Positions 1-13,386 of a stretch of 64,000 nt of DNA are shown here, piece by piece. Position numbers and translations under genes: made by a program. Numbering within the stretch: position 1 is the first letter of the stretch; every line of letters starts with the position of its first letter. The stretch is from Mobula hypostoma (lineage: Eukaryota). The notes under the pieces were generated by a model, which did no database searches, had not been told where the DNA came from, and saw only the letters and a list, made by a program, of their open reading frames with translations. The DNA lies in NCBI RefSeq assembly GCF_963921235.1, contig NC_086097.1:7750001-7814000 (forward strand). The letters are read 5' to 3'.

Positions 1-1595
1 GGCCTGATGTTGTAGTATTTGAAGGAAGAGAAGTGGGTGCAGTTGCTGTTACAAGAGAGAAGGTGCTCAAAAAACTGAAAGACCTAAAGGTACATAAAGC
101 ACCCAGACCAGATGAACTGCAACCTAGGGTTCTGAAAGAGGCAGCGCTAGAGATTGTGGTGGCATTAGAAATGATCTAACAAAATCTTTGGATTCTGGCG
201 TGGTGCCAGAGAACTGGAAAATTGCAAATGTTACTCCACTCTTTAAGAAAGGAGGAAGGCAGCAGAAAGGAAATTATAAACCAATTAGCCTGACCTAAAT
301 AGTTGGGAAGATGTTAGTGTCAACTGTTAAGGATAAGGTGATGAAGTATTTGTTGACACAGGACAAGATAGTACAAAGTCAGCATGGTTTCCCTCAGGGA
401 AAATCCTCCCTGTCAAAACTGTTGGAATTCTTTGAGGAGATTACAATAGGATAGATAAAGGGGATGTAGTGGATGTTGTATATTTGGACTTTCAGAAGAC
501 CTTTGACAAGGTGCCATGCATAAGGCTGCTTACCAAGTTAAGAGCCCATGGTATTATAGGAAAGTTACTAACATGGTTACAGCATTGGCTGATTGCCAAG
601 AGGCAACGAGTGGGAATAAAAGGATCCTTTTCTGATTGGCTGCCAGCAACTAGTGGTGTTCCGCTGGTGTTGTGACCACTTCTTTTTATGCTGTATATAA
701 ATGATTTAGATGATGGAATAGATGGCTTTGTTGCCAAGTTTGTAGATGACACAAAGATTGGTGGAGGGCCAGGTAGTGTTGAGGAAACTGGTAGGATGCA
801 GAAGGGTTTAGACAGATTAGGAGAATTGGAAAGAAGGTGGCAAATTAAATACAATGTTGGAAAATGCATGGTCATCAACTTTGGTAGTAGAAATAAATAT
901 GTGGACTATTTTCTAAATGGGGAGGAAACCCAGGAACCTGAGATGCAGAGGGACTTGGGAGTCCTTGTGCAAAACACCCTGAAGGTTAACTTGCAGGTTA
1001 AGTTGGCTGCGAGGAAGGCAAATTCCATGTTAGCATTCATTTCAAGAGGTCTAAGATACAACAGCAGGGATGTGATGCTGAGGCTTTATAAGGCACTGGT
1101 GAGGTCTCACCTTGAGTATTGTGAACAGTTTTGGGCCCCTCATCTTAGAAAAGGTGTGCTGGCATTGGAGAGGGTCCAGAGGAGGTTCACAAAGGTGATT
1201 CCAGGAAAAAAAGGGTCATCATGCGAGGAACGCTTGATGGCTCTGGGTCTGTACTCGCTGGAATTCAGAAGGATGGGGTGGGGATCTCATTGAAACCTTT
1301 CAAATATTGAAAGGTCTAGACAGAGTAGATGTGGAAAAAGATGTGCCCCATGGTGGGAGAGTCGAGGATAATATGTGTAGCCTCAGGATAACCTCATTCA
1401 GCTCTGGAGGCCAGGTCGTTGGCTGTATTTAAAGCGGAGATTGATAGGTTCTTGATTGGACATGGCATCAAAGGTTATGGGGACTGTAACTGTGGTTGAG
1501 GAGGGAAAAAAAAGATCAGCCATAATTGAATGGTGGAGCAGACTCAATGGGCCAGATAGCCTAAATCTGCTCCTCTGTCTTATGGTCTTATGGTC
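1..1595 (+). mobile_element. CR1-clade LINE, degraded ORF2 (RT) and 3' end
   Basis: ORF fragments VDVVYLDFQKTFDKV, SGVP, LYINDL, KFVDDTKIGG, RDLGVLV, LYKALVRSHLEYC; ends in the (TTATGGTC)n tail at 1580-1595. Confidence 0.95.
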
Positions 1596-2449
1596 CACAG
1601 TTTTGCTACTCTCTGGATAAAATAATTCCTCCTTATTTTTGTTCTACAAAGTCACCTCTCAATTTTGATTCTGTGCCCTCTCATTCTAGATAATCCCACC
1701 ATAGGAACCACCCTCTCCACATCCACCCTATCTAGTCCCTTCAACATTCTGTAAGCTTCAAAGCGATCCCACCACAAAAATTATATTTTTGAGATAAATA
1801 AAAAGGGCTGAGTATCTGCCAGAAGTCCACATACTTGCAATTCAGAAGATGCAAATTCCTTACCACAACTTCAATGGTTAAGATTGAAACAAGTCACAGG
1901 AGCTACTGTTCCATGGTGTCATCCTTCGAAAGATGGAGCTAGAAACATCTTGAAAACATAATGTAATATTATGGAATGATGCTGTGCTAGTCACAAATAG
2001 ATATAAACTGGTCCATCTGCAGGTGACTACAAAGACCTAATAGGTAGATCCAGACATCATTCATATTCATATAGGTTTTTCAGAGAACATTTCCAGACAC
2101 TTCGTTTCAATTCTCAAACACAGTGATGCTGGCTAAATATAATTTATCATCACCTCCATTCTCCAGAGCTCTGAGAACAGACTTGTGTGTAAATATGAAC
2201 AACTTTGCAAAATAATAGCATTTTCTATATTTGGCAAAGTGATTTATCAATGGAAAATGAACATGCAACTGCAGGGGAAAGTACTGAGGTCTCTTTATGT
2301 TTATCATGTTGATTTGAGATCTATAAAAGATGACTAGACTCTGTTTTTTTTCCATAGAAATTGGATAAGATAATGAATCTGCTGATATACACGTGAACAG
2401 AGATCCAGACATTAAGGCTCAGGATTAGCAGCCAGAATTCAAATCTCAT

Positions 2450-3260
2450 CATGGCGGACGTCGTTCAGAGGAAGATGGGGCCAGTGAGCAATGCTGCTAT
2501 GGGTGACATTCTTCAGATGGTTCATGAAACTCTTTCTTTCACTTCTTTTTCTTTTAATTGTGTTTCTGGTACTGTTGCAGCCTCTGATCTACAATTTGAT
2601 TATGTGCTTTCAGGTTTATTGAATGATCTGGTGCTTTGCTGTCTCTAGATAGTTGTAGGAGGCATTTGCCTTTGAGTGCAAGAAGCATAGAGATTGGGCG
2701 TGAGCCCATGATTGACTCTATTTCTCGCTGATCTCACTGTCAAGGAAGATTGAAAAACCCAGGCAAGTGCTCAGCAACATTTACCAGCCTTTCAGTTGCT
2801 GGCCCCGAAGGAAGATCCCTGCATTCGAATGGTCTCTATCTACCTCGAAGCTGTCAGAGGATGGGACTGAACATCTGGGTCTGCAAATTGTGGATTAGAC
2901 TACATTTCCTAATCACATCTTTTTTTGTTTTGTGTGATCTCGAATCGGGGTGACCTGCAGATAATGAACACGGAGGTGAACTGAAGAAGGTCTCTTTTGA
3001 TTTTGTGTTTTACACTGTATTGTGTTTTCACTCATTTTTCTTCTGCATGATTTATTTTTTGCACATGGGGTTTGCTGTTATCGTTGCCATTTGTGCAATT
3101 TCTCTTACTTTGCGTGCGGTTCTTTGAACAGGTTCCTTGCTTTTCTTTGTATCATGGCCATCTGTGGGGAAGATGAATGTCAGGGTTGTGTACTGCATAC
3201 ATACTTTGATATTAAAGTATCAAAGTATGAAAGTATCAAACTTTGAATCCTTTAAATCCT
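2450..3260 (+). mobile_element. Non-autonomous LINE-derived element with Rex-type 3' tail
   Basis: AAGATGG head near 2471; 3' end GAATGTCAGGGTTGTGTACTGCATACATACTTTGAT...TTTGAATCC resembles tails at about 47515-47580 and 51250-51315. Confidence 0.55.
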
Positions 3261-3424
3261 TAGAATTTAAATTCAAGTAATTAATATAGATTCTGGAACT
3301 TTAAGTAATGCTAACCTTGGTAACAATAAGTTCTAAACTACTGAATTTATGCAAAAATCTACCCGTTCATAATATCCACCCAGGAAGGAATGCTGTCTCC
3401 ATATCCCATCGAACCTGAAGAGAT

Positions 3425-3965
3425 TCCAGACTCTTCAAGTCACTGAAGACTCTTCGCAAATTTCTGCGGATGCATCGTGCAGAGCATTTTCAATGGTTTG
3501 TCTGGTAGAGGGGCCACTGCACAGAAAGCTGTAGAAAGCTGTAAAATCAGCCAGCTCCATCATGGGCAATAGCCGTCCCAGCCTCGAGGACATTTTTAAA
3601 AGTTGATGCTTCAAAAAGGCGGCATCCAACATTAAAGAGCCCCATCACCCAGGAAATGGCCTCTTCTCATTGCTACCATCAGGGAGGAAATATGGGAGCC
3701 TGAAGACACAGACCCAATGTTTCAGGAACAGCTTCTTCCCTCTGCCAGATCTCTGAGTGGACAATGAACTCATAAACACTATCAGACTCATTTTTTCCTA
3801 GTATATTTGTTTTGCTCTCTTTTTGCACTTACTTGTTCAATTTGATTACTTTACATATTTCTCATTGTAATTTTTATTATTATTATTTATTGCTCTGTAC
3901 TGCTGTCACCGACGAACAAATTTCATGACATATGCCAGTGATGTTTAACTTGATTCTGATTCTGA
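3425..3965 (+). mobile_element. Rex1/Babar-type LINE 3' fragment (many further copies in the window)
   Basis: Degraded C-terminal ORF2 motifs (PHHPG, LLPSGRKY, NSFFP) and (TTCTGA)n tail; related copies near 4365, 5265(-), 7000(-), 31120(-), 35650, 48660, 50910, 57010(-). Confidence 0.8.
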
Positions 3966-5216
3966 TTGGACCAACATAGTGGGAGAATCTTCACCAAACG
4001 TACTGGAATGGTTGAAGATGGACGGGCAGTGAGGGAAGGAAAATAAATGTCGACCTTCTGAGTGAGGCATCGATCCTGAAAGAGGGCTCCCAGACCATTG
4101 TGTCCCCATTGGTTTTCTATGATAACAGCCCACCACTTCAATTCCCTCTTCCATTTTTTGTAGCCGGCCAATTGCTTTCTCACTATATGCACTCAGTGGC
4201 CACTTTATAATGTACTGCAAAGATCTAATCAGCCAATTATGTGGCAACAACTCAATGTGTAAAAGCATGCAAACATGGTCAAGAGGTTCAGTTGTTGTTC
4301 AGACCAAACATCAGAATGGGGAAGAAATGTGATCTAAGTGATTTTGCTGGTTTGTGTATCTCAAAGTAGGAGCCTGAAGACACATACTCAACATTTTAGG
4401 AAAAGCTTACCCCCTCCGCCATCACATTTCTGAATGGACAATAAACCATGTGTACTATCTCACTATTTTTTTTCAGTTGTTGCTCTATTTTTTGCACTAA
4501 TTATTTAATTTAATATAATATTTATATATGTATTTTTATTGTAATTTACAGATTTTTTATTATTATGTATTGCAATATACTGATGTGGAAAAACATATTT
4601 CACAACATATGGCAGTGATAATAAACTGATTCTGACTTCGCTTCGACATGGATTATTAACTATCTGTTCAGTGCAGGGATGATAATTTAAAGATGGATGA
4701 TAATCACCATCATTTCCAGCAATTTCTGCATTTGTGAATAAAAGAACATTTGCTTGAAATGTATAATAAAGAAAGACTAGAATACTGACTGCTAAAATTC
4801 CTCAGGATAGTTGTGTAGATGGTGCAGGGAGTTGATGACATTCTGTGCAGGTTATCAAAGAAGCCATTGACCTTCCCTTAAAAATGTGTCCTTTATTCAA
4901 GCAGCAATGCACTACCATGTAGGTAAGGGACATCCTGAAGCATTTCCCTGTCATGCAATATTTTTAACAACACATTTCATGAAAAGTTAGTTTTAATTCT
5001 CAAAAGACACCTGGTCTTCAGAACAGGTTGGCAGCAGGAAAGACAGTGTTGATCTACATGTGTTTAATGGGGTAAATTAGAGCTCTTGCTCAAGAGTATA
5101 CACTTGGGACTCACTGTTCCAGATACAACAACCTTATCGAAGGAGAAGATCCCCTTCACATTCCTATGCAAGTCAGTTAATTGGCACATGCATAAATGAA
5201 AAAGTTCCTAAATATA

Positions 5217-6173
5217 CACTCAGCGGCCAATTTATTAGGTACAACTGCAGATCTGCTCATTAAGAGTTCAAAGTACATTGTGTCACTATATACAGCCCTG
5301 AAGTACATTTTCTTGCAGGCATACACAGTAATTCAATAATAGAATAATAACATTAATAGACTCAATGAAAGAACACACTAATGTGGATGTTAAGCCAATG
5401 TGTATAAGACAGCAAACTATGCAAATACAAAAAAAAAGAAATAATAATGTATCAATAAGCAATAAATATCGAGAACATGAGATGAAAAGTCCTTGAAAAT
5501 GAGTCCATAGGTTGTGGGAGCATTTCAATGATGGGGCAAGTGAAGTTGAGAGAAGTTATATCTTTTGGTTCAAGAGCCTTATGGTTGAGAGGTAATAACT
5601 GTTCCTGAACCTGGTTACTAAGGTTTCCTGTATCTTCTTTCTGATGGCAGCAAATTTCCAATCAGCCAATCAACTCAATGTATAAAAGCCTACAGACATG
5701 GCCAAGAGGTCAAGATGTTGATCAGACCAAACATCAGAATGGGGAAGAAATGTGATCTAAGTGACTTTGACTGTGGAATGATTGTTGGCGCCAGACGAGG
5801 TAGTTCGAGTGTCTCAGAAACAGTTGATCTCCTGGGATTTTCATGTACAGCAGTCTCTTCTACAGTTTACAGAGAATTGTGCAAAAAGCAAAACAAACCC
5901 ATCCAGTGAGCAGCAGTTCTGTGGGTAAAATGTCTTGTTATTGAGAGTGATTAGAGGAGAAAAGCCAGATTGATTCAAGCTGAGAGGAAGATGACAGTAA
6001 CTGAATTAACCACGTGTTACGACAGTAGCGCGCTGAAGAACATTTCTGAATGCACAAGTGCACAAGATGGCGAAATTGAAGTGGGTGGGCTACAGCAGCA
6101 AAAGGCCACAAACACGTATTCAGAGGCCACTTTGTTAGGTATCTCCTGAACCTGCTAAAGTGGCTACTGAGTG
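5217..6173 (+). mobile_element. Tc1/mariner non-autonomous element with transposase N-terminal HTH remnant, interrupted by a Rex-type tail (about 5265-5650)
   Basis: TIRs CACTCAGCGGCCAATTTA / TAAAGTGGCTACTGAGTG flanked by TA; ORF MGKKCDLSDFDCGMIVGARRG...ETVDLLGFS; further copies at about 4190-4360(+) and 39490-40005(-). Confidence 0.88.
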
Positions 6174-7243
6174 TAAATGTGACTTTTTTAGGTGTTTTTG
6201 TCCTGTTGCTGTAAGGTATCAATTGAGGGGATGACAGATTCAATAAAAATTTATACTACCCACCAGCTAAATCAACTCTTTTAAAAATTAAAGTGAGGCA
6301 ACAAGGATTATTATACCTTGGGCTCCTTTAAACTTGCTCATGCTGAAGACAAACTAATACTGATATTTTTCACACCCTCAGCAAATTATTGAAGAATGAT
6401 TCACTCCAATTGCAAGCTCCTCTGATATTTTATATGAGCCAGTGAACCAAGGGTCTGGGGTGACTGGAAAGTTCAGGACAACAGTGATGATAACTTTACT
6501 AATTTTTGTTTCGAAAAATAGAGAAACGAAGTGGTGCATAGAATAGGCGATGTCTATGTAGAAACAACACTGTTTGGCTGCCTGCCATTGATTTCTCCTT
6601 AGGGTATGAAGCGATTGTGGAAAATGACAACAAGCTATCTAGGGAGGTATGTACAATACTTTGGTCGAACATAGTTTAGTGCATCTAATTTGAAATTTCC
6701 AAAGGCATTTTTTGCACCTCTCCAGCTGTCAATGCCTACAGCACGTTTGAGGGTACATTGCAAATTGGATTGAGAACCACTAGGAGCTGAAGGTCACGGC
6801 ATTTTCCAAAAGTGCTCCCAACAGATGAGAGTCTGTCTGACTATCACAAAGTACAAAAAATATTTCAACTCTTCAAGAATTTTGTGACCCTTCAAAGCTG
6901 ACCTCCTCTGCATGATTAAGTATAAAAGTCAGCAAATCCTGTTGCAATTGTACGAAAAACTGGTTAAGGCACATGTGGAGTATTATGCACAATTCAGAAT
7001 CAGAATCAGGTTTAATATCACTGACACATGTTAAAAGTTCAAAGTTCAAAATAAAAAAAATTATTATCTAAGTACATATATGTCACCATACATAACACTG
7101 GATTCATTTTCTTGTGGGCATACTCAATAAATCAAATAATCATAACAGTATCAATAAAAAATTGCACAAACTGGCCACACAATCAGTGTGCAAAAGACAA
7201 CAAACTGTACAAATGGAAAAAGAAAGAAGAAATAATAATAATA

Positions 7244-9835
7244 AAAGAAGAAAAAGACGAACTGAAATGACTATTTTAGAGAACACTATTTACAATCAAA
7301 TTATGATTGGGTTAACATTATGATTAACTATGATTAGGTTAACACTACCTACAACAGAAGGAGGAAGAGGAATAACAGACCAAAAACTTACACAAGTCAG
7401 ATAGAACTCTGAAGGATTTATTTTTGTCAACAAAAACTGAATTCAGCACTCCAAGCGAGCATATGCAATTCTGATAAAAAGTACACATCACTAAACTTAA
7501 AGCACAACCCGGAAAAATGAAGATGTTATCATTACTGAAGAAAAAGTTGACCAATGTAAGAGCATGACCCTCCATGGAAGACATCCCCAGAATCTGAGAA
7601 GACTAGACATCAACAAGGAAGCTTCAGACACCTGGCTCATAGTTGAAGACCTCTTCCCAAAAACAGAAGGGTTGCTTGCGGCAATACAGGACCAGGTGGT
7701 TAACACAAAATTGATCAAAAATACATAATAAAAGACCAACAAATTCAAGACTATAAATGCAGAAAATTCCAGGAGAATCCAGAAACAGTCATTTACTAGA
7801 GCTGTTGGGAGCAGTTTAAACAAATATGGCAGGGTGACTGGAACCAGGATGATTAAGCTGAGGATGAGCCAGCAGGTTTACAAGTAGATGATGGGTGTAA
7901 CATGAACTTAAGGAAGATCAAGCAAATAAATGGGTACAAATGCAGACAAAGCAAAGAGTTAAATTGTACCACAAAGGCAAAATTCAAAAGCGTGAAGAAT
8001 GCAGGTCTGAAGGTGCTGTATTTAAATGCTGTTAGCATTCAGAGTAAGGTGGATGAACTCGTGGCACATTTCGAAATTGGTTGGACTGACGTTGTGAGCA
8101 TCATTGAGTCATGGCTGACAGAAGACCATAGTTGGGAGCTTAGCATCAAAGAATATACTTTGTATTGAAAGGACAGCTTTTTTCTGGTTGGCTGCCAGTG
8201 ACTAGTTGTATTCCTCTGGGATCAATATTGGGACTGCTGTTTTCCACATTGTTTGCCAGTGATTTAGATAATGGAATTGATCGCATTGTGACAAAGTTTG
8301 CAGATGAGACAAAAATAGGTGGAGGGGTAGGTAGTGCTGAGGAAGCAATTTATTGCAGCAGGGCTTATACAAATTGGAAAAATGGGCAAAAAAGTGGCAG
8401 ATGGAATGCAGTGTTGAGAAACGTACAATAATGCAATTTGGCAATGGTACAATAGTGCAGACTATTACCTAAATGGGGAGAAGTTTCAAATATCAGAGGT
8501 TCAGAGGGACTTGGAGTCCTTGTGCAAGACTCAAAGGAGGTTAATTTATGGGTTGAGTCTGTGGTAAAGAATGCAAATGCAATGTAGATATTTATTTCAA
8601 GGGGAATAGAATATAAAAGCAAAGAGATAATGCTGAGCCTTTATAAGACACTCGTCAGGCCACACTTGGAGTACTGTCAATAGTTTTGGGATCCATATCC
8701 CAGAAATGAAGTGCTGTCATTGAAGAAAGTCAAGAGGAGGTTCACGAGGATGATTATGGAAATGAAGGGGTTAACATATGAGGAATGTTTGGCAGCTTTG
8801 GGCCTGTACTCACTAGAATTTAGAAGAATTCTTGGGGATCTCATTGAAACTTACTGAATGTTGAAAGGACTAGTTGGGGTGAATGTGGAGAGGATGTTTC
8901 CTATGGTGGGTTTTTCTGGAACTAGAGGTCACTGCCTCAAAATTGAGGGGGAGTGACCCTTTAGAACAGAGGTAGGGAGGAATTTTTTTAGCCAGAGAGT
9001 AGTAAATCTGTGGAATGCCCTGCCACAGACTGTGGTGGCCAAGTCCGTGCATATACTTAAGGTGAAAGTTTATCGTTTCCTGACTGGTCAGGGCATCAAA
9101 GGATATGGCGAGAAAGCAGTAATATAGGGTTGAGTGGGATCCATAATCAGCTATGATGGAATGGTGGAGAAGACTTGATGGATTGAATGACCTAATTCTG
9201 CTCCTATGTCTTATGGTCTTATGGTCTTAATCCACCACATTATAGGATCCTGTAGCAGTTTAACACAATCTGATTACATACACAGGGCACAATCAAGTGG
9301 CAGCCATTATTCACTAAAATCTTGCTTTAATATAAAAACTCATTAAAGAAATCATTCCTTTGTATAAATGTATAAATACAAGCCTGATCCAGTTTTAGAG
9401 TCAGAATCCCACAAATTATATTACGAAAGATCAGTTATTACGGACAGGACAATCCATGATAACCATTCAGATATAAAAATACAGGATAAACAAGCAAGAA
9501 CAACTTACTTAATAAACATAACTATACCAAATGCACATAACATACTGAAATCAATGAGCGAAAAACATCAGAAACATGCTGAATTAAAAGAAGAAATTGA
9601 AAGACTATGGAACATGAACAGGGAATACATTGTCCCAATTGTAATATCTATCTGCAACTGGTATCACTACACAAGTTACTCCACAATAGTATTAAACAAT
9701 TAGGAAAACCACAATATTAAACATTATTAGAATAGTCTGAAAATTCCAAGAATTGAGAAATGAGGGTACTTGGGTATGCCCGCATCTCATGTTTTACCAG
9801 CTTAAGATGAGAAAATATTTTTAAAAATAAAAATA
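7244..9835 (+). mobile_element. R4/Dong-clade non-LTR retrotransposon (restriction-like endonuclease C-terminus), split by a CR1 insertion
   Basis: TEGLLAAIQDQVVNT...KCRKFQENPET (about 7670-7790) continues after the CR1 as IHHIIGSC...HNQVAAIIH (9230-9315); ORF 9368-9703 has the RLE region DRTIHDNHSDI...EKHQKHAEL. Confidence 0.85.
7800..9228 (+). mobile_element. CR1 LINE with internal deletion (APE start joined to RT end), nested in the Dong element
   Basis: LKVLYLNAVSI...IIESWL (APE N-terminus) joined to KFADETKIGG; (TTATGGTC)n tail ending 9228. Confidence 0.9.
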
Positions 9836-10139
9836 AAAAATATGCAATAAATACCAAGAACATGAGATGAAGAGTACTTGAAAGTGAGTCTATAAGTTGT
9901 AGGAACATATTAATGATGGGCAAGTGAAGTTGAGTGAAATTTGTTCTTTTATGGCAAATAGTACATTGCAATACATTATAAAATAACTATATATTACAAT
10001 AATAAATACATATAAGAAATAAAATTAAATATGTAGTTTAAAAATAGTGAGGTGGTATACATGGGTGCATTGTCTATTCAGAAATCTAATTGTAGAGTGG
10101 AAAAAGCTTTTCCTAAAATGTTGAGTAGGTGTCTTCATG

Positions 10140-11860
10140 AAAAGCTAATGTAAAAGTAAAAGAGAGGGTATACAACAAAGCAAAAATTAGCAGGAAGGTA
10201 GAGGATTGGGAAGCTTTTAGGATGCAACTAAAAGAATATTCAGCAGGGAAAAGATGAATTATGAAAGTAAGCTAGCAAGCAATATCAAGGTGCATTGAAA
10301 AAGTTTTTTCAAAAAGATAAGAAAGAGATTAGTGTGGCACCAGTGGAAAATTGACGGCCAGAGAAATAATAACAGTGGACAAGGAGATGGCAGATGAACT
10401 AACTGAGTATCTTGCATCAGTCTGAACAGAGGAAGACACTAGTAATGTGCCAGGTGTTGAAGAGTAGGAGGGAAGAGTACGGTAAGTATTACAAGGGAGA
10501 AGGTGCACAAAAGCTAAAAGACCTAAAGGTTCATAAGTCACCAAGACCAAATGAACTGCCTTAGGGTTCTGAAAGAAGTAGCAGTAGAGATAGTGGAGTC
10601 ATTGGGAATCATATTTCAAAACTCATTGAACTCTGGCATGGTGCCAGAGGACTGGAAAATTGCAAATGTCCCTCCACTCTTTAACTAGAGGAAGGAGGCA
10701 GCAGAAAGGAAATTATAGACCAGTTAGCCTGACTTCAGTGGTTGGAAAGATGCTGGAGTCAATTAGTAAGGATGAGCTTATGGAGTACTTGGTGACACAG
10801 GACAAGATAGTACAAAGTCAGCATGGTTTCCCGAAAGGAAAATCTTGCCTGCTGAACCTGTTGGGATTCTTTGAGGAGATTACAAGTAGGATAGATAAAA
10901 GGGATGCAGTGAATGTTGTATATTTGGATTTTTAGAAGGCCTTTGACAAAGTGACACACATGAGGTTGCTTACTAAGTTAAGAGCCCATGGTATTACAGG
11001 AAAGTTATTGGCATGGTAAAAGCATTCGCTGATTGGTAGGATGCAGCAAGTGAGAACAAAAGGATCCTTTTCTAGCTGGCTGCCAGTGACTAGTGGTTTT
11101 CCGCAGGGGTCAGTGTTGGGACCGCTTCTTTTTATGCTGTATATCAATGATTTAGATGATGGAATAGATAGCTTTGAAGCCTAGTTTGCAGATGGTATGA
11201 AGATCGGTGTAGGTACAGTTAGTGTTGAAGAATCAGGAAGGCTCAGAGGGATATAGACAGATGAGGAGAACGGGCAAGAAAGTGATAAATGATATACAAT
11301 GTTGAAAAATGCATGGTCATGCACTTTGGTAGAATAAATAAATGTGCAGACTATTTCATAAACAGGGAGAAAATCCAAAAGTCTGAGATGCAAATGGACT
11401 TGGGATTCCTTGTGCAGAACACCCTCAAGATTTACTAACACGTTGACTCTGTAGTGAGGAAGGCAAATGCAATGTGAGCATTCATTTCAAGCAGTCTAGA
11501 ACACATAGCAGGGAAAGACCTAGGTAAAGTGGATGAGGAGAGTATGTTTTCTATGGTGGTGTTGGGGGGGTGGGCGAAGTCTAGGATCAGAGGTACAGCT
11601 TCAGAATAGAGGGGTCTCCCTGCAGAATAGAGATGAGGAGGAATTCCTTTAGCCAGAGGATGGTGAATCTGTGGAATTCATTGCCACAGATGGCTGTGGA
11701 GGCCAAGTCATTGAAGATATTTGAAGTGGAGGTTGATGTGTTCTTGATTAGTCAGGGCCTCAAAGGATATGGGGAGAGCAGTAGAATGGCTCTGAGAGGA
11801 ATAATAATTCAACCATGATAGACTCAATGGCTTAATTCTGCTCCTATGACTTCTGGTCTT
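10140..11860 (+). mobile_element. CR1 LINE, degraded
   Basis: GNYRPVSLTSVVGKMLE, SQHGF, VVYLDF motifs; CR1 3' UTR. Confidence 0.92.
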
Positions 11861-12914
11861 ATTCCAGGTTGCCATCTGGAATATTGACCAGGAAAGGTGG
11901 AGACACAGATGTGATAGCAGTATTTAAGCAATATCTGGACAGGCACACAAAAAGGTAGAACAAGGAGGGGAAAAAACCACATGCAGGCAGATTGAAAGGT
12001 CTAGTCTATTCTCACTGTCAATATAGTCATTGTGGGCTAAAGGATATAAAACTCTGATTCTATGCTGAAATAGTACATGGGCTGTAATTGTCCCTACCAA
12101 TAGCAACCAATGTTTCAAAAGTCTTGGTTTCAAGTTCTGTAATTCCTTCCCTTTAACTTTCTTACTTCCCTTTGCTTATATGACTTTACTTCAATTCTAC
12201 CACTCTGACATAATTTTCAGCCATTCCTCCCATTGCTTCTCTGCCTTGATGTGTTTTTGAGATTCAGTTCAACATTCTGTGAACTGCTTTGGAGATTATT
12301 TCCAGAGTTAAATAAATACAATTTATTTATTATTTTTCCAACAAAAAATGGGCCAATCCTAGGCCACGACTGGATTTATTTCACCGTGTTCTTGTCACTT
12401 TTTCTGTGCTCGTGATCCCCAGGACACATTGTTTTATTATCTGAACAGAGGGTTCTCCTCGGCTAAATTGTATGATGGTTTCCGCAGTGAGTTTGAATAG
12501 CCTTTTACTTTCTCTGCCTGAGCTTCTGCAAACCAGTGTAGGACGATGTAGGTGGATTTAAGTTGAATGAGATTATGCGTGGAACTCACTTGCATTCATA
12601 GAATGAGGATAACAAATAACATTTGTCATATATTACCAGGGTATCTGTGACTGTTTTGTCTAAAGTAAAATTAGAATAGAGCAGACTATAATGAAGCGGC
12701 AATATTCAAAATTAATCAGGTTCATATGAATGTTTTTCAAGGAATTACTTTGCATTTTAATAGTGCATCAATCTACTTTAAATGGTGACCAGGCAATTGT
12801 CTGATATCACCACAACCTCTCTGGGAGAGCTGAGAGTGGAGTGGCAATGGGAGATAGAGAGCGTTGCAGTTTTAGACATTCAATTAGAAGATTATCATAA
12901 CTCTAAATCAAGGT

Positions 12915-13100
12915 GCTACGTTAGTGGAGCAGCTAACACGACACTATTACAGCTCGGAGCATTGAAGTTCCAAGTTCAATTCTGATGTCTTCTCTAAGAA
13001 AGTTTGTACATCCTTCCCATGAACCACGTAGGTTTCTTCTGGATGCTCTGGTTTCCTCCCACAGTCCAAAGACATACTGGTTAGTAGATTATTTTGTGGA
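12915..13100 (+). mobile_element. V-SINE / HE1-like SINE (other copies about 18400-18660(-), 26360-26575, 34660-34920, 37040-37330, 49690-49970, 60900-61105)
   Basis: V-domain GGTTTC.TC.GG.TGCTC.GGTTTCCTCCCACAGTCCAAAGAC; several copies end GTATCTCTAAATAAATAAA. Confidence 0.85.
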
Positions 13101-13386
13101 TGGTGCACACTGAAACCTCTGTGCCCCAGTAGTGAAGGAAATAAATATTTCAGGAGCTGGATGAGATGCTGTTGCAATGATCTGCATTGTTCTGGATGGT
13201 TTCAAGCTTTCTGAGAGTTTTGTTTTGGCAAGTCCACAAGAATGAGGCAAGTACAGAGCATTGTGTCACATCAGTGTACCTGTCTTCAGGCTCCTGTACC
13301 TCCTCCTTGATGGTAGCAATGAGAAGAGAGCATGTACTGGGTGATGGAGGTCCTTACTGACCTTTTAGAGGTATTGCCTTTTTTTT

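Noticed and set aside
1864..1938. Minus-strand segment with AG and GTAAG splice-like ends
   Set aside because: Stop codons in all three frames
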